Made by a program: the position numbers and the translations under genes. The notes below the pieces were generated by a model. The model made no database searches, was not told where the DNA came from, and saw only the letters and a program-made list of their open reading frames with translations. Shown here piece by piece: positions 9,998-19,757 of a DNA stretch of 64,000 nucleotides (within the stretch, counting starts at the first letter, position 1; every line of letters starts with the position of its first letter). The stretch covers positions 224,001 to 288,000 of the forward strand of contig CAWBWI010000001.1 in NCBI GenBank assembly GCA_963792585.1. Direction: 5' to 3'. Origin of the DNA: Candidatus Eiseniibacteriota bacterium. Lineage in GTDB: Bacteria > Eisenbacteria > RBG-16-71-46 > CAIMUX01 > VGJL01.

Positions 9998-12048
9998 CGG
10001 TCCCTCCGCGTTCTCCATGCCGGCTCGTCGCTCGGCGTCCACGTCGTGTCGATCCCTGCGCCCCGCTCGGTGTCGAGCGGGTGGGCTTCATCGGTTCCCG
10101 TCTGGGTCCAGGATCGGCCGTTGCCGGCGAAACCTTTTGCTGTAGGGTAGGCGTCCCGGCCCCCCGTGTCGACGAAGAGCCCGAGGCTTTCCATCCGGTC
10201 GCGCAGCCCACCGCGAGTTCCGATGTTGGCGCGCCCGAGGGTCGTCGGCGCCTCGACCCTGTATGCATCATCGCCCGCCGCGTCCCAGAAGATCCCGATT
10301 CCATTGGCATTTCCGCCGCCCAGCGAGAGATTCGGGGCGTCGTACTGATCGTCTCCCGACGCTTCGTGTAGCAATCCGAGCGAGAAATCGTGTCCCGCCC
10401 CCTGCGCCATATTCATCGTCGCCCGGTATCGGTCGTCGCCCGCTCCTTCCCAGAGGATCCCGACGGCGAAGTGCGCGGCCGCGCCCTGGACGTACCAGAT
10501 CCCGTCGTACCGGTCACGGCCTCCACCGTCCGCGAGGATCCCGACGCCGTACCAGTATCCGCCCCCTTGCCCGAAGACGCCGCAGCGATACTCATCGTCG
10601 CCTCCGCCGTCCGCAAGCATCCCGAACCCGCCGGCCAGGGAGTGGCCGTCGAGGTAGTCCGATCGCTTGCCGAAACCGAATCCCTGCGCGAGGGAGGAGT
10701 TGTGCTCCTTGGACTGGGCGGAAGGGAAGCGGATCTTCGTGTCATCTGCGATGTAGACGTCGTCGCCGTCGCGATCGACCAGGAGGCCGGATCCCTTGAC
10801 GTAGCCGAATCCCTGCGCCTGCTGGAACGCGTGGTAGCGATCGTTGCCTGCCGCATCGGCGAGAATTCCGGCGCCGAAGATGCCGGCGCCCTGGGTCCCG
10901 GTGATGCCGTCGTAGGCATCGTCCCCCGCGAGATCGAGGAGGACACCCGTGCCGTAGAGGCCCGCGCCGAGGCCGATGTGCCCGCAGCGGTACGTGTCGT
11001 TGCCCGCTGCATCGATCAGGATGCCGGTCCCCAGAAGGCCGGCCCCGAAGGAGGGCCGCAGGGTGTCCGCTGCCGCGTAGATGTCGTTGCCGGCCAGATC
11101 GATCAGGACGGAGACCGGGTGATCGAAACTCGCCGATCCGCCGGTCGCGTAGACGTCGTCGCCCCCCGCGTCGATCAGGAGCAAGGGCGAGGCGCCCTCG
11201 TGGCGATCCGATCGCGTGGTGGAGAGAACAATCGGTCCCGCGGGGGTCTCGATCCGCCAGTTCCGTTGGAGCTGAGCGGCGTTGCGGCGGATCGCGGGGA
11301 GGGTCCCTTCGAGCACGAGGAGGAGATCGGCGATGCCGGCATTCCAAAGCGGCGCATCGATCATGCCCGCGGGCTCCTCGACTCGACGGTTGAATGCGGG
11401 ATCGAGATTGCCAGCGTCCGACCCGACCACGTAGGTCACGGCATCGCTTCCGAGCCGTGGGAGGTCGACCGGGGGATTCGCGAGGCGCAGGGGCTCGAAC
11501 GCGGCATCGCGCGCCGCGATGGCTCGGGCGGCGGCCTCGACGATCACCGCAACGGCGCCGGCGAGGGAATCGGGCAACCCCCGCGTCGATTCCCGCAATG
11601 CCCCGTCCTCCTCCGCCGGATAGGGACGTCCCATCTGCGTCCAGAGTCCGCGGATCGCGGCGGGGAGGGGATCGTGCTCGGGGAGCTTCGAACGGATCTC
11701 GACGACCGGGCTCGTGATCAGTCCCCGCCGGACCGACGCGTCCAACCGCGCCGTCGCGAAGCCGAAGAGATCCGACGGCCGATCGGCGCTCGCGTTCACG
11801 GCGCGCTGCCAGACCTCGACATCGCCCGGAATTCGAAGAGGCCGATCGATCAACGCGTCGAACGTGTGAAGACGCCAGCGATCACCGCCATAGAAGCCCA
11901 TGTCGGATCTGTCGATCGCGAGCGCCTCCGGCGTGCGGTCGATCGCGGCAAGCGCGTTGCGAATCGGCCAGGGAGTTCGCTGCGCGCGCGCGCCGGTGGA
12001 CGCGATCAGGCACAGAATACCGACGACCGCCCATCGTCCAAACATCAT
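9994..12048 (-). CDS. Secreted protein with ~12 hh(D/E)xxG(D/N)DxY glycine-rich repeats
   Basis: Signal peptide MMFGRWAVVGILCLIASTGARA; repeats LIDAGGDDVY through FVDTGGRDAY. Confidence 0.8.
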   Translation of the reverse strand: MMFGRWAVVGILCLIASTGARAQRTPWPIRNALAAIDRTPEALAIDRSDMGFYGGDRWRLHTFDALIDRPLRIPGDVEVWQRAVNASADRPSDLFGFATARLDASVRRGLITSPVVEIRSKLPEHDPLPAAIRGLWTQMGRPYPAEEDGALRESTRGLPDSLAGAVAVIVEAAARAIAARDAAFEPLRLANPPVDLPRLGSDAVTYVVGSDAGNLDPAFNRRVEEPAGMIDAPLWNAGIADLLLVLEGTLPAIRRNAAQLQRNWRIETPAGPIVLSTTRSDRHEGASPLLLIDAGGDDVYATGGSASFDHPVSVLIDLAGNDIYAAADTLRPSFGAGLLGTGILIDAAGNDTYRCGHIGLGAGLYGTGVLLDLAGDDAYDGITGTQGAGIFGAGILADAAGNDRYHAFQQAQGFGYVKGSGLLVDRDGDDVYIADDTKIRFPSAQSKEHNSSLAQGFGFGKRSDYLDGHSLAGGFGMLADGGGDDEYRCGVFGQGGGYWYGVGILADGGGRDRYDGIWYVQGAAAHFAVGILWEGAGDDRYRATMNMAQGAGHDFSLGLLHEASGDDQYDAPNLSLGGGNANGIGIFWDAAGDDAYRVEAPTTLGRANIGTRGGLRDRMESLGLFVDTGGRDAYPTAKGFAGNGRSWTQTGTDEAHPLDTERGAGIDTTWTPSDEPAWRTRRDR

Positions 12049-12112
12049 CCCCCCTCCTTCTGTCATGGAAGAATGAGGCGTAGTATACGACGAAATTCCA
12101 CCGGAGGTGATG

Positions 12113-12724
12113 ATGACCCTCTCGAAACTCGGTATCGCGGTGGCCTTGATCCTGTCGCTCGCGGGCTGTGGACGGGAGCGGACCGCGGACCGCGCCGGGG
12201 GCCTGCCCGTCGGCGGGGTGGCCATGCTGGAGACCGCCGTGCGGCGCGCGCTCCACGGGGCGGAACCGGGTGGTGTGGTCCTGGTCGTCCTCTGGACCGC
12301 GGCGGCCCCTCCCACCTCCGAGGTGAAAGAGTTGGCGAAGCGCTGGGCTCCGTACGGACTCGTCGCCCTCGGAGTCTGCGTGGAGACTCTCGCGGGCGAC
12401 GCCCGGGATGCTTCGCTCGCTCGCGTGCACGCTTGGGAACGGAGCCACAGCCCCGGAATCCCGAGCCTGATCTACGACGGAGACGCGGCGGCCCTGGCTG
12501 CGGCCGTCGAGGGCGCCGGTCCCGGCCCGGGGCTCGTCCTGCTCGAAGCGCAGGGGGGCCGCCTCTGGTCCGGCGAGGGATTTGGAGACCTCGACGCCCT
12601 CGAGGCGGTTCTGCAGGCGCACCTCGGCGAGCCGAATGTCGCCGACGGCTGCACCTGCGCGCGGATCGTCAGCGGAGAAGCGCGAGCAGAACGGGCAGGA
12701 GAACCACCCCCACGAGAGTCGTGA
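12113..12724 (+). CDS. Lipoprotein with a degenerate thioredoxin/TlpA-like fold
   Basis: Lipobox LAG-C; VVLVVLWT...GLVALGVCVE...LVLLEAQG pattern; no CxxC at the usual position. Confidence 0.6.
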   Translation: MTLSKLGIAVALILSLAGCGRERTADRAGGLPVGGVAMLETAVRRALHGAEPGGVVLVVLWTAAAPPTSEVKELAKRWAPYGLVALGVCVETLAGDARDASLARVHAWERSHSPGIPSLIYDGDAAALAAAVEGAGPGPGLVLLEAQGGRLWSGEGFGDLDALEAVLQAHLGEPNVADGCTCARIVSGEARAERAGEPPPRES

Positions 12725-13553
12725 GCAGCACGGAGGAGGCGACGGCTGCGGCGTCGCGGCCCGCGCGCTGGGCCAGGACGACGTTGATCATCGCCGCCGG
12801 CAACAGCGCATAGAGGATCATCACCTTGCGCACCAACCCCTCGGGGCGCAGCAGCGGGAGGGTGATCGCGAGCGCGGCGGCACCGCTGGCATAGCGAAGC
12901 AGGGTCGCCACCGCCGCCACGCGCGTCGAGGTCATGCGGGTGGACGCCAGGGATTCCCCGAAGAGGACGAGCATGAGCGGCACCGCGGCAAGGCCGGCAA
13001 GTCGGGGAACCCGCATGAGCATCTCGGGCGGCTGCACATGGCCGAGCCGGAGGAGGCCCGCAAGCAGCGTGGCCCACAGCGCGGGCTCGCGGAGCGCCTG
13101 GCGCATCCTGCCACCGCCGTGGAGGATCATGATCCCGACCGTGAAGATCGCGATGTTCGTGACCGTGTAGCTCAACACTCCGAGCGATAGCCCCTCCGTC
13201 CCGAAGTTGGCGAGCAGCAGCGGAAAGGGGAGGTTCGCGGAGTTGACGAATGCGATCGGAAGCAGCAACTCCCGCCGATGCCGCCATCCGACGAGCCGCA
13301 GCCCGATCCAGCCGATCAGGAGGGCCACACCGATCTGGATCAACGTTGCCGCGGTGACGAGGCCCATGTCCCGCGCCCGGATCGTCGAGTCCATGATCGC
13401 GGTGAAGCTCAGGCAGGGGATGAAGATGTCCATCCCGATCCGCATGGTCGATGCGAGTTCAACCCGGGTCCGTCGCACGTATACCCAGGCGATCGCGATC
13501 AAGCCAAAGACCTCGACGACGGAGCCGAGGACGGTGCGCAGGTTGTCGTTCAC
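12669..13553 (-). CDS. AEC (auxin efflux carrier) family transporter
   Basis: IFIPCLSF, NSANLPFP, AAVPLMLVLFG and LPAAM motifs; hydrophobic throughout. Confidence 0.88.
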   Translation of the reverse strand: MNDNLRTVLGSVVEVFGLIAIAWVYVRRTRVELASTMRIGMDIFIPCLSFTAIMDSTIRARDMGLVTAATLIQIGVALLIGWIGLRLVGWRHRRELLLPIAFVNSANLPFPLLLANFGTEGLSLGVLSYTVTNIAIFTVGIMILHGGGRMRQALREPALWATLLAGLLRLGHVQPPEMLMRVPRLAGLAAVPLMLVLFGESLASTRMTSTRVAAVATLLRYASGAAALAITLPLLRPEGLVRKVMILYALLPAAMINVVLAQRAGRDAAAVASSVLLTTLVGVVLLPVLLALLR

Positions 13554-13608
13554 CCTGCTAGACTAGCGGGCGGCCGTTGCCGCGCAACCCCCAAGGAAAG
13601 GAGCGGGC

Positions 13609-14781
13609 ATGCCCACGCGAAGGCTCTTCGACGAGGATTCCCACCTTTGCGACTTCGAGGCGAAGCTCGTCGCCCTCCGTCCGGACGGCGCCTGGATCGC
13701 CCTCGATGCGACCGCCTTCTTCCCGGAGGACGGGGGGCAGCGGGCGGATCGCGGCATCCTGGGCGGGATCGAGGTTCTGGCGCTCGAATCCGACGATGAC
13801 GGGACGATCTGGCACCGTCTCGCGCATCCCATCGACGCTGCGGTTGGAGCGACCCTGGACGGGCGCGTGGATGCAGGCGTGCGGCGCGACCACCGGCAGC
13901 AGCACTCGGGGCAGCACGTCCTCTCTCGCGCCTTCGTGGTGATCCACGGCGCGGAGACGAAGGGTTTTCACATGGGGGAGGATCTCTCGACGATCGATGT
14001 CGAAATCGCCGATCTCGATCACGATCGCGTGCGCGCGATCGAGGCCTTCGCGAACGCAGTGGTTTTCGAGGATCGCGCCGTCTCCGTCACCCTGGAGGAG
14101 CGATCCGGAAGCATGCCGCTGCGAACCGTCGCCATCGAGGCTCTCGAGGCGCAGCACTGCTGCGGGACCCACGTGAAACGGACCGGGGAGATCGGGATCA
14201 TCAAGGTTCTGCGCTGGGAGAAGGTGAGGGACCTCACCCGGGTCAGCTTCGTGTGCGGGGAGCGCGCCCTGCGCGCCTTCGGGTCGCTCGTCGAAACCGT
14301 GGACGCGGCTGCCCGCCCGTTCAGCGCAGGTTGGCACGATCTTCCCCGAGCGGTCGAGGGTGCCCTGGAGCAGGCAAGAGTGCAGGAACGGCGCGCGGGC
14401 GAGTGGCAGAAGCGGTGGGCCGCCCTGGAGGCGGATCGACTCGTGCGGGAAACGCCCCGCCACCCTGATGGGACCCTCGTCGTGCGGGCGTTCGTTGACG
14501 GCGCCGAGGCGGAAGCGTTGCGTGCCCTCGCCCGATGCCTGACCGATCGGGGAGACGCGATCGTCCTTCTGGCCGGCTCCGGAGAACCGGAACGCCGTCT
14601 GTGGCTGGCTGCGCGCAGCAAAGATCTTCCCGCCGGCCGAGGCTTCGATGCGAAGGCGAGCCTCGCCGGCATCCTCGAGTCGCTCGACGGGCGTGGAGGC
14701 GGCAACGCTCTCTTCGCGCAGGGGTCGTGCTCGGCGGACGAGGCGGCTTGCCGCGCGCGAATGGCTAGTACGGAACCGTGA
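13609..14781 (+). CDS. Alanyl-tRNA editing protein (AlaX-like) with DHHA1 domain
   Basis: TAFFPEDGGQRADRG, QHSGQH, CCGTHV..TGEIG, GRGGG..FAQG. Confidence 0.9.
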   Translation: MPTRRLFDEDSHLCDFEAKLVALRPDGAWIALDATAFFPEDGGQRADRGILGGIEVLALESDDDGTIWHRLAHPIDAAVGATLDGRVDAGVRRDHRQQHSGQHVLSRAFVVIHGAETKGFHMGEDLSTIDVEIADLDHDRVRAIEAFANAVVFEDRAVSVTLEERSGSMPLRTVAIEALEAQHCCGTHVKRTGEIGIIKVLRWEKVRDLTRVSFVCGERALRAFGSLVETVDAAARPFSAGWHDLPRAVEGALEQARVQERRAGEWQKRWAALEADRLVRETPRHPDGTLVVRAFVDGAEAEALRALARCLTDRGDAIVLLAGSGEPERRLWLAARSKDLPAGRGFDAKASLAGILESLDGRGGGNALFAQGSCSADEAACRARMASTEP

Positions 14782-15046
14782 AGGGATCCGGCGCAGGGGT
14801 CGTGTCGGTCCAGTCCAATTCGACGCCGGAGACGCGAGCAATCGTCGGGCCGACGTGGAGGTACTGGATCAGCCTGCGCAGCGCCCTCTCCTCGCCGCGC
14901 GCGACGACCTCGACCGAGCCATCGGCGAGATTCTTCGCATAGCCGGCAAGTCCGAGCGCTCGCGCCTCATCCGCGGTGTGTGCCCGGAAGTAGACGCCCT
15001 GCACCTTTCCCCTCACGATCGCCTTGAACTGCTTGATTTCGTTCAT
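14765..15046 (-). CDS. acyP: Acylphosphatase
   Basis: VRGKVQGVYFR, GYAKNLADGSVEVVARG. Confidence 0.93.
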   Translation of the reverse strand: MNEIKQFKAIVRGKVQGVYFRAHTADEARALGLAGYAKNLADGSVEVVARGEERALRRLIQYLHVGPTIARVSGVELDWTDTTPAPDPFTVPY

Positions 15047-15258
15047 GACACCAGCTTCGTCCCCGTCTGCGCGAACGTCAAGGCCGTCTCCGGCTATCCG
15101 ACGCGGGAAGCCTTCCCGACCGGGCAGCGCCATCCGCACTGCGGGAGACGTCGGATGAAATCCGCTTCACCTTGCGATAGGATCCTTGGTCCACACTGCC
15201 GCCGCCCGCGGGAACGACCGGTCCTCTCCGGGCGGCAGCGACCTGGACGGAGGGCTCC

Positions 15259-16452
15259 ATGGCGCACTTCAAGTACCTGATTATCGGTGCGGGCATGACG
15301 GCCGACGCAGCCGCGCACGGCATTCGAGAAGTGGACCCCGAAGGTTCGATCGGCATGATCGGGGCGGAGCCGGATCCGCCGTACAACCGCCCGCCACTGT
15401 CGAAGGGTCTCTGGAAAGGGGACCCCATCGACGGAATCTGGCGCGATCCCAGGGAACTCGGGGTCGAGCTCTCCCTCGGTGTCGAAGCGCGCGCACTCGA
15501 TCCCGTATCCAAGCAGGTCACGGATGATCGGGGATCGCACTACTCCTACGACCGACTGCTCATCGCGACGGGCGGGACCCCTCGGCGGCTCTCCTTCGGC
15601 GGGGATCGGATCATCTACTTCCGGACGATCGAGGATTACCGACGCCTACGCCTTCTGGTGGACGGGGGGCGAAAGATCGCGGTTCTGGGCGGCGGCTTCA
15701 TCGGCTCCGAGATCGCCGCCGGTCTGGCGATGAGCGGCGCGCGGGTCGTGATGATCTTCCCCGACCCGACCGTTTGTTCCCGCGTATTCCCGGGCGACCT
15801 CGGTGAGTTCATGAACGACGTCTACCGGGAGAAGGGGGTCGAGCTTCTCTCGGAGGAGTCGGTTCAAGGAGTTGAAGAAGCGGGGCCGGAGCTCTCGATC
15901 GAGCTCCAGGGCCGACGGACCTCGACGACGAGAAGACTCGCCGTCGATGAGATGGTGGCGGGCATCGGGATCCGGCCGAACGCGGGCCTCGCCGAGGCGG
16001 CGGGGCTGAAGGTCGGCGACGGGATCGAGGTGGACGAGCAGCTCCGAACCAGCGCGCCCGAGATCTACGCAGCCGGGGACGTGGCCCTCTTCTGGAGTCC
16101 TGAGCTTGGTAAGTGGATGCGCGCCGAACACGAGGACAACGCGAATACGATGGGCCGCACCGCCGGACGAAACATGGCCGGCGAGGCGGAGCCGTATCGG
16201 CACCTTCCGTCCTTCTACTCCGACCTCTTCGAGTTCGGCTACGAGGCGGTGGGGGAGCTGGATGCCCGGATGCGGGTGGTCTCCGATTGGAAGGAGCCGC
16301 ATCGCGAAGGCGTTCTCTACTACCTTCGAGATGAGCGCGTGCGCGGCGTCCTGCTCTGGAACGTCTGGGGGCAGATCGATGCCGCGCGGCGGCTGATCGC
16401 GAGCCCGGGTCCGATCCGGGCCGAGGATCTCAAGGGGCGGCTGCCCGCCTAG
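15259..16452 (+). CDS. NAD(P)/FAD-dependent oxidoreductase, ferredoxin-reductase-like
   Basis: IIGAG, PYNRPPLSK, LLIATG, GGGFIGSE, IYAAGD, FYSD. Confidence 0.92.
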   Translation: MAHFKYLIIGAGMTADAAAHGIREVDPEGSIGMIGAEPDPPYNRPPLSKGLWKGDPIDGIWRDPRELGVELSLGVEARALDPVSKQVTDDRGSHYSYDRLLIATGGTPRRLSFGGDRIIYFRTIEDYRRLRLLVDGGRKIAVLGGGFIGSEIAAGLAMSGARVVMIFPDPTVCSRVFPGDLGEFMNDVYREKGVELLSEESVQGVEEAGPELSIELQGRRTSTTRRLAVDEMVAGIGIRPNAGLAEAAGLKVGDGIEVDEQLRTSAPEIYAAGDVALFWSPELGKWMRAEHEDNANTMGRTAGRNMAGEAEPYRHLPSFYSDLFEFGYEAVGELDARMRVVSDWKEPHREGVLYYLRDERVRGVLLWNVWGQIDAARRLIASPGPIRAEDLKGRLPA

Positions 16453-16492
16453 ACGGAATTCGGGAACCCGATGAAGGGTCGACGACGCCCCG

Positions 16493-16930
16493 CTATCGGT
16501 AAAGGCTGCGGACGCGACCCCAGGTCGTCGGAAGCGTCGGGGTGAGGACCTCGATCCGGGCGACTCCAAGTGCCGCCCCTAGGATTCCGCCGATTCCCCC
16601 CCGAACCATGAAGGCGGTTCCTTCAAGGTGGACGCGCTTGCCCAGGAGAGACTCCCAGTCCGTTTCGATGGAGCAGTCACGCGTGATGTCCCAAGCGCGA
16701 ATGCCGGGGTCGGGAGAGATCCGATACTCCCCCCAACAATCGGCGCATCCTCGGCCGAGAACGCCCGTGACGGCGATGGGTCCATTGTCGGGAGAGACGA
16801 TGCAGGGCTCCTCCCATCCTCCGGGAGGATTGTCGGCGCGTGCGGGACCGCCGGCTCCGGCGGGTACGACCGCAATCCACACGACCACGAGAGCGGCGGA
16901 GGACCGGATCGGCAGAGACCGGATTCTCAC
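16493..16930 (-). CDS. Small secreted protein with C-terminal TTWGRVRSLYR motif
   Basis: GGAGG RBS then GTG; hydrophobic N-terminus; same tail motif as 6482..8612. Confidence 0.65.
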   Translation of the reverse strand: MRIRSLPIRSSAALVVVWIAVVPAGAGGPARADNPPGGWEEPCIVSPDNGPIAVTGVLGRGCADCWGEYRISPDPGIRAWDITRDCSIETDWESLLGKRVHLEGTAFMVRGGIGGILGAALGVARIEVLTPTLPTTWGRVRSLYR

Positions 16931-17126
16931 GACAGCACCTCCGAGTGAGCGCCGTCTCCGAACCCCGTGCGGAGGCTGCTGAGTCACCACTGAGGAGACA
17001 CCCGAGGCGATGCGAGGTCAACGGGAAGCTTCGACGATGAACCCTCCGGCGGATCCCGGACGACCTTCCACCGTGGAATGATCGATCGGGTCTGCTATCA
17101 TGGATGCAGCCGAACTGGGGGGTTCC

Positions 17127-18302
17127 ATGACCAACGCGCTTCGCTCCGGGCTCTTCCTCCTTCTCATCTGCTTCGCGGTCGCCCCGCAATCCCGGGCCTG
17201 TCGCTTCTGGGGCCTCGTCGGCACCGAATATCCGGAGGCCATGGTCTCCGACCAACTCCGGGACGGCACGATGATGACTCTCCGCGAACTCGGCGGGATC
17301 AACCGCGACGGCTGGGGGTTCGGTTTCTTCCTCCCCTCGGGGAGCGCGGTCCCGCTGAGCGGGCCGATCATCCGCCGCGGCGGGCCGCCGGCGAACCACG
17401 CGAACGATCCGGACTTCGGACTCGCGGTCGACGAAATGACCGCGGTTCGGCCCCGCGCCGCAATCGGGCACGTCCGGGCGGGAACTTCCGGTCACTGGGG
17501 GATCCCCAATCCCCATCCGTTCTTCCAGGAAGGGCTCCTCTTCGCCCACAACGGCGCGGTTTCGGAGGAACGGATGGCGGAGTTGCTCACCTCGGGCGAT
17601 CCGAACTACCTCGAGGACCACCCGCCGGACTATGTGAGCGGGAACATCGACTCCGAGCTCTACTTCCTCTATCTCCTCCAGTATCACCACGCGCATCCCA
17701 AGCTCTCTCTCGCGGAGGCCATCCGGCGGGCGATCACGCAGATCGAGGAAGTCGCGGGGTTCAATCGCCTGAACTTCGTGATGACCGCAGGCGACACCCT
17801 CTACGCGGTGCGCTGCGCCCCCTACGATGCGGGAGACGCGGTCCGATTCTATCCTGCGGTGGCCGCCACCTCTCCATACTGGGTCGCGGCATCCCAAGTC
17901 ATTGGCTCCGACGACGCGGGCTGGGGGACGATTCCGGCGCGCACGCTCGCTCTCTTCGTTCCCGGGCACGCCCCGCGCTTCATCGCGGTCGACGGCGATA
18001 CGACGCCGATCCCCGATCCCGAGATCGCGAGCGCGCCACCGGCGCATCCGAATCCGATGAAGCTGCGCCTCGCCGTTCCAATCTCCGTCCCCGCGAGCGG
18101 CGCGAGCGTGACCGTCGAGATCTGGGATGCGCAGGGCCGCGAGGTCTTCCGGGCCGGCCCCACATGGACCGAGGCGGGGCCGGCCGAGGTCGTCTGGGAC
18201 GGCCGCGATCGACGGGGAATCGACGTCGCGAGCGGCTCCTATTTCTGTCGCATCTGGGTTGCCGGGGAGGCCCGCGAGCAGCGAATCACGGTCATTCGGT
18301 AG
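17127..18302 (+). CDS. Secreted class II glutamine amidotransferase (Ntn hydrolase, EgtC/YafJ-like) with FlgD-Ig tail
   Basis: SRA-CRFWG, NRDGWG, IGHVRAGT, NPHPF, FAHNG, IDSE; PNP...WDGRD..G..VASGSYF. Confidence 0.88.
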   Translation: MTNALRSGLFLLLICFAVAPQSRACRFWGLVGTEYPEAMVSDQLRDGTMMTLRELGGINRDGWGFGFFLPSGSAVPLSGPIIRRGGPPANHANDPDFGLAVDEMTAVRPRAAIGHVRAGTSGHWGIPNPHPFFQEGLLFAHNGAVSEERMAELLTSGDPNYLEDHPPDYVSGNIDSELYFLYLLQYHHAHPKLSLAEAIRRAITQIEEVAGFNRLNFVMTAGDTLYAVRCAPYDAGDAVRFYPAVAATSPYWVAASQVIGSDDAGWGTIPARTLALFVPGHAPRFIAVDGDTTPIPDPEIASAPPAHPNPMKLRLAVPISVPASGASVTVEIWDAQGREVFRAGPTWTEAGPAEVVWDGRDRRGIDVASGSYFCRIWVAGEAREQRITVIR

Positions 18303-18308
18303 GCATCC

Positions 18309-18875
18309 TCAGCGATTCGCTTCCTCGAGGATCATGGCCTTCAACGAGTCGTAGTTCGCGGACGTCTGGAGATTGTGCTGGGTCAGATTGTAGACGCCCA
18401 CACGCCGATTCTGCGCGTCGAGGATCACGACGTCACGCCATGTCACATCCCAGGTCGTCCAGCATGGCTGGCTCTCGGTCTCCTGCAGCCAGGGGATCGT
18501 CCGGCTCTGCGTCACCCCGCCGTTGCCCGATTCCTGTCCAATCTGGTTGACCCCGAATATCCGGACCTGCATATGCGGATTGGCGGCGTCGATCTCCGCC
18601 TGCATCTGGTTCAAGTAGCCGAACTGGCTACTGCAGTAGCCTCAGGTGGAGTGGCCGAAGTACCAGCAAGAGACCCGGCCGACGAATTGACGGGGGGATA
18701 CGATCTCCCCATGCGTGGCCGAGTTTGGATTCACGTCCTCGAGGGCGAAGTCGGGCATCAGGGGGCCAAGGCCCGGATCCTCCGGCTTCGTGCTCTTCTT
18801 GTCGCCACAGCCGGCAAGCAAGAAGATGCCCAGGGCCAGGACGGCAAGGGAACGGGGACGTCGTATGGTCGCCAC
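18309..18875 (-). CDS. Selenocysteine-containing thioredoxin-like (AhpC/TSA redoxin) lipoprotein, UGYC motif, 188 aa
   Basis: AAAGGAGG then GTG at 18875; lipobox LAG-C; PDFALED.N; in-frame TGA at 18644-18642 gives FGHST-U-GYC, continuing in frame into the 18309..18614 ORF. Confidence 0.88.
18614..18641 (-). promoter_or_regulatory. Putative bacterial SECIS element
   Basis: mRNA AGUAGCC-AGUUC-GGCUACU stem-loop; loop starts 16 nt after the UGA, with G at loop position 2. Confidence 0.7.
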
Positions 18876-19112
18876 GTGCGATCCTCCTTTCCAAACAAAC
18901 TCGGGAGGATACCGCGCGGGACCCTTGGTTGGGTAGGGGGTCGTGGAGCCGGCCCCTTCCCCCCTGCGATCGCGCCCGTGGGGCGTGCCGGCAGGGGGCG
19001 AAGCCGCAGGACGTTGCGCCGCCCCCAGCCCCTCCCGTAGGATCCTGCCAGCCCTTCCGGGCTGGGGGACATCTGTGGGCCGGCGCGGGAACGACAAGGG
19101 AGCGAGGCTTTC

Positions 19113-19757
19113 TTGGAGCGCTGGCTGCGTGTGAGCTTTCCGAAGGCGCGGTGGGAGACGCCGGGGGATGCCCTCGGCGTATTGACCCACCGCGTTCGCC
19201 TTCCCGGCCACGGGGTCGGCTTGCCGGAAGACGCGCTCTTTCTCGATCTCGAGACGCTCGGATTCGTGGGGCGGCCTCTCTTCCTGATCGGATTGCTCGT
19301 GCCGGCCGGGGGGCGGGATGCGGACCTCGTGCAACTTCTCGCCCGCGACTACGCCGAGGAGGAGGAGACGATCCGCTACTTCGCCGGCCAGTATGCCTCT
19401 CGCCCCACCTGGGTCACGTACAACGGCAAGAGCTTCGACGTGCCGTGCCTGCACTTGCGATGCGCCCACCACCGAGTGCGCAAGCCGGCGCCGGAGACCC
19501 ACGTCGACCTGCTCCACGTCGCACGCCGCCACTTCCGCGGCGTCTTCCCCGACTGCCGGTTGAAGACACTCGAAGACCGCGTATGCGGCCGACGGCGGAT
19601 CGACGATCTGGAGGGTTCCCAGGTGCCCAACGCCTATCATCGGTTCGTGCGCGAGGGCGATCCGAGCTGGCTCGAGCCGATCCTGCGTCACAACAGGGAT
19701 GATCTGGTGACGCTTGCGCAACTCTTCGTGACATTCGCGGAAATGGAGGAATCTTGA
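19113..19757 (+). CDS. RNase H-like (YprB/MrfB-like) exonuclease; start uncertain
   Basis: FLDLETLG, VTYNGKSFDVP, HVDLLH, LKTLE, HNRDD. Confidence 0.88.
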   Translation: MERWLRVSFPKARWETPGDALGVLTHRVRLPGHGVGLPEDALFLDLETLGFVGRPLFLIGLLVPAGGRDADLVQLLARDYAEEEETIRYFAGQYASRPTWVTYNGKSFDVPCLHLRCAHHRVRKPAPETHVDLLHVARRHFRGVFPDCRLKTLEDRVCGRRRIDDLEGSQVPNAYHRFVREGDPSWLEPILRHNRDDLVTLAQLFVTFAEMEES

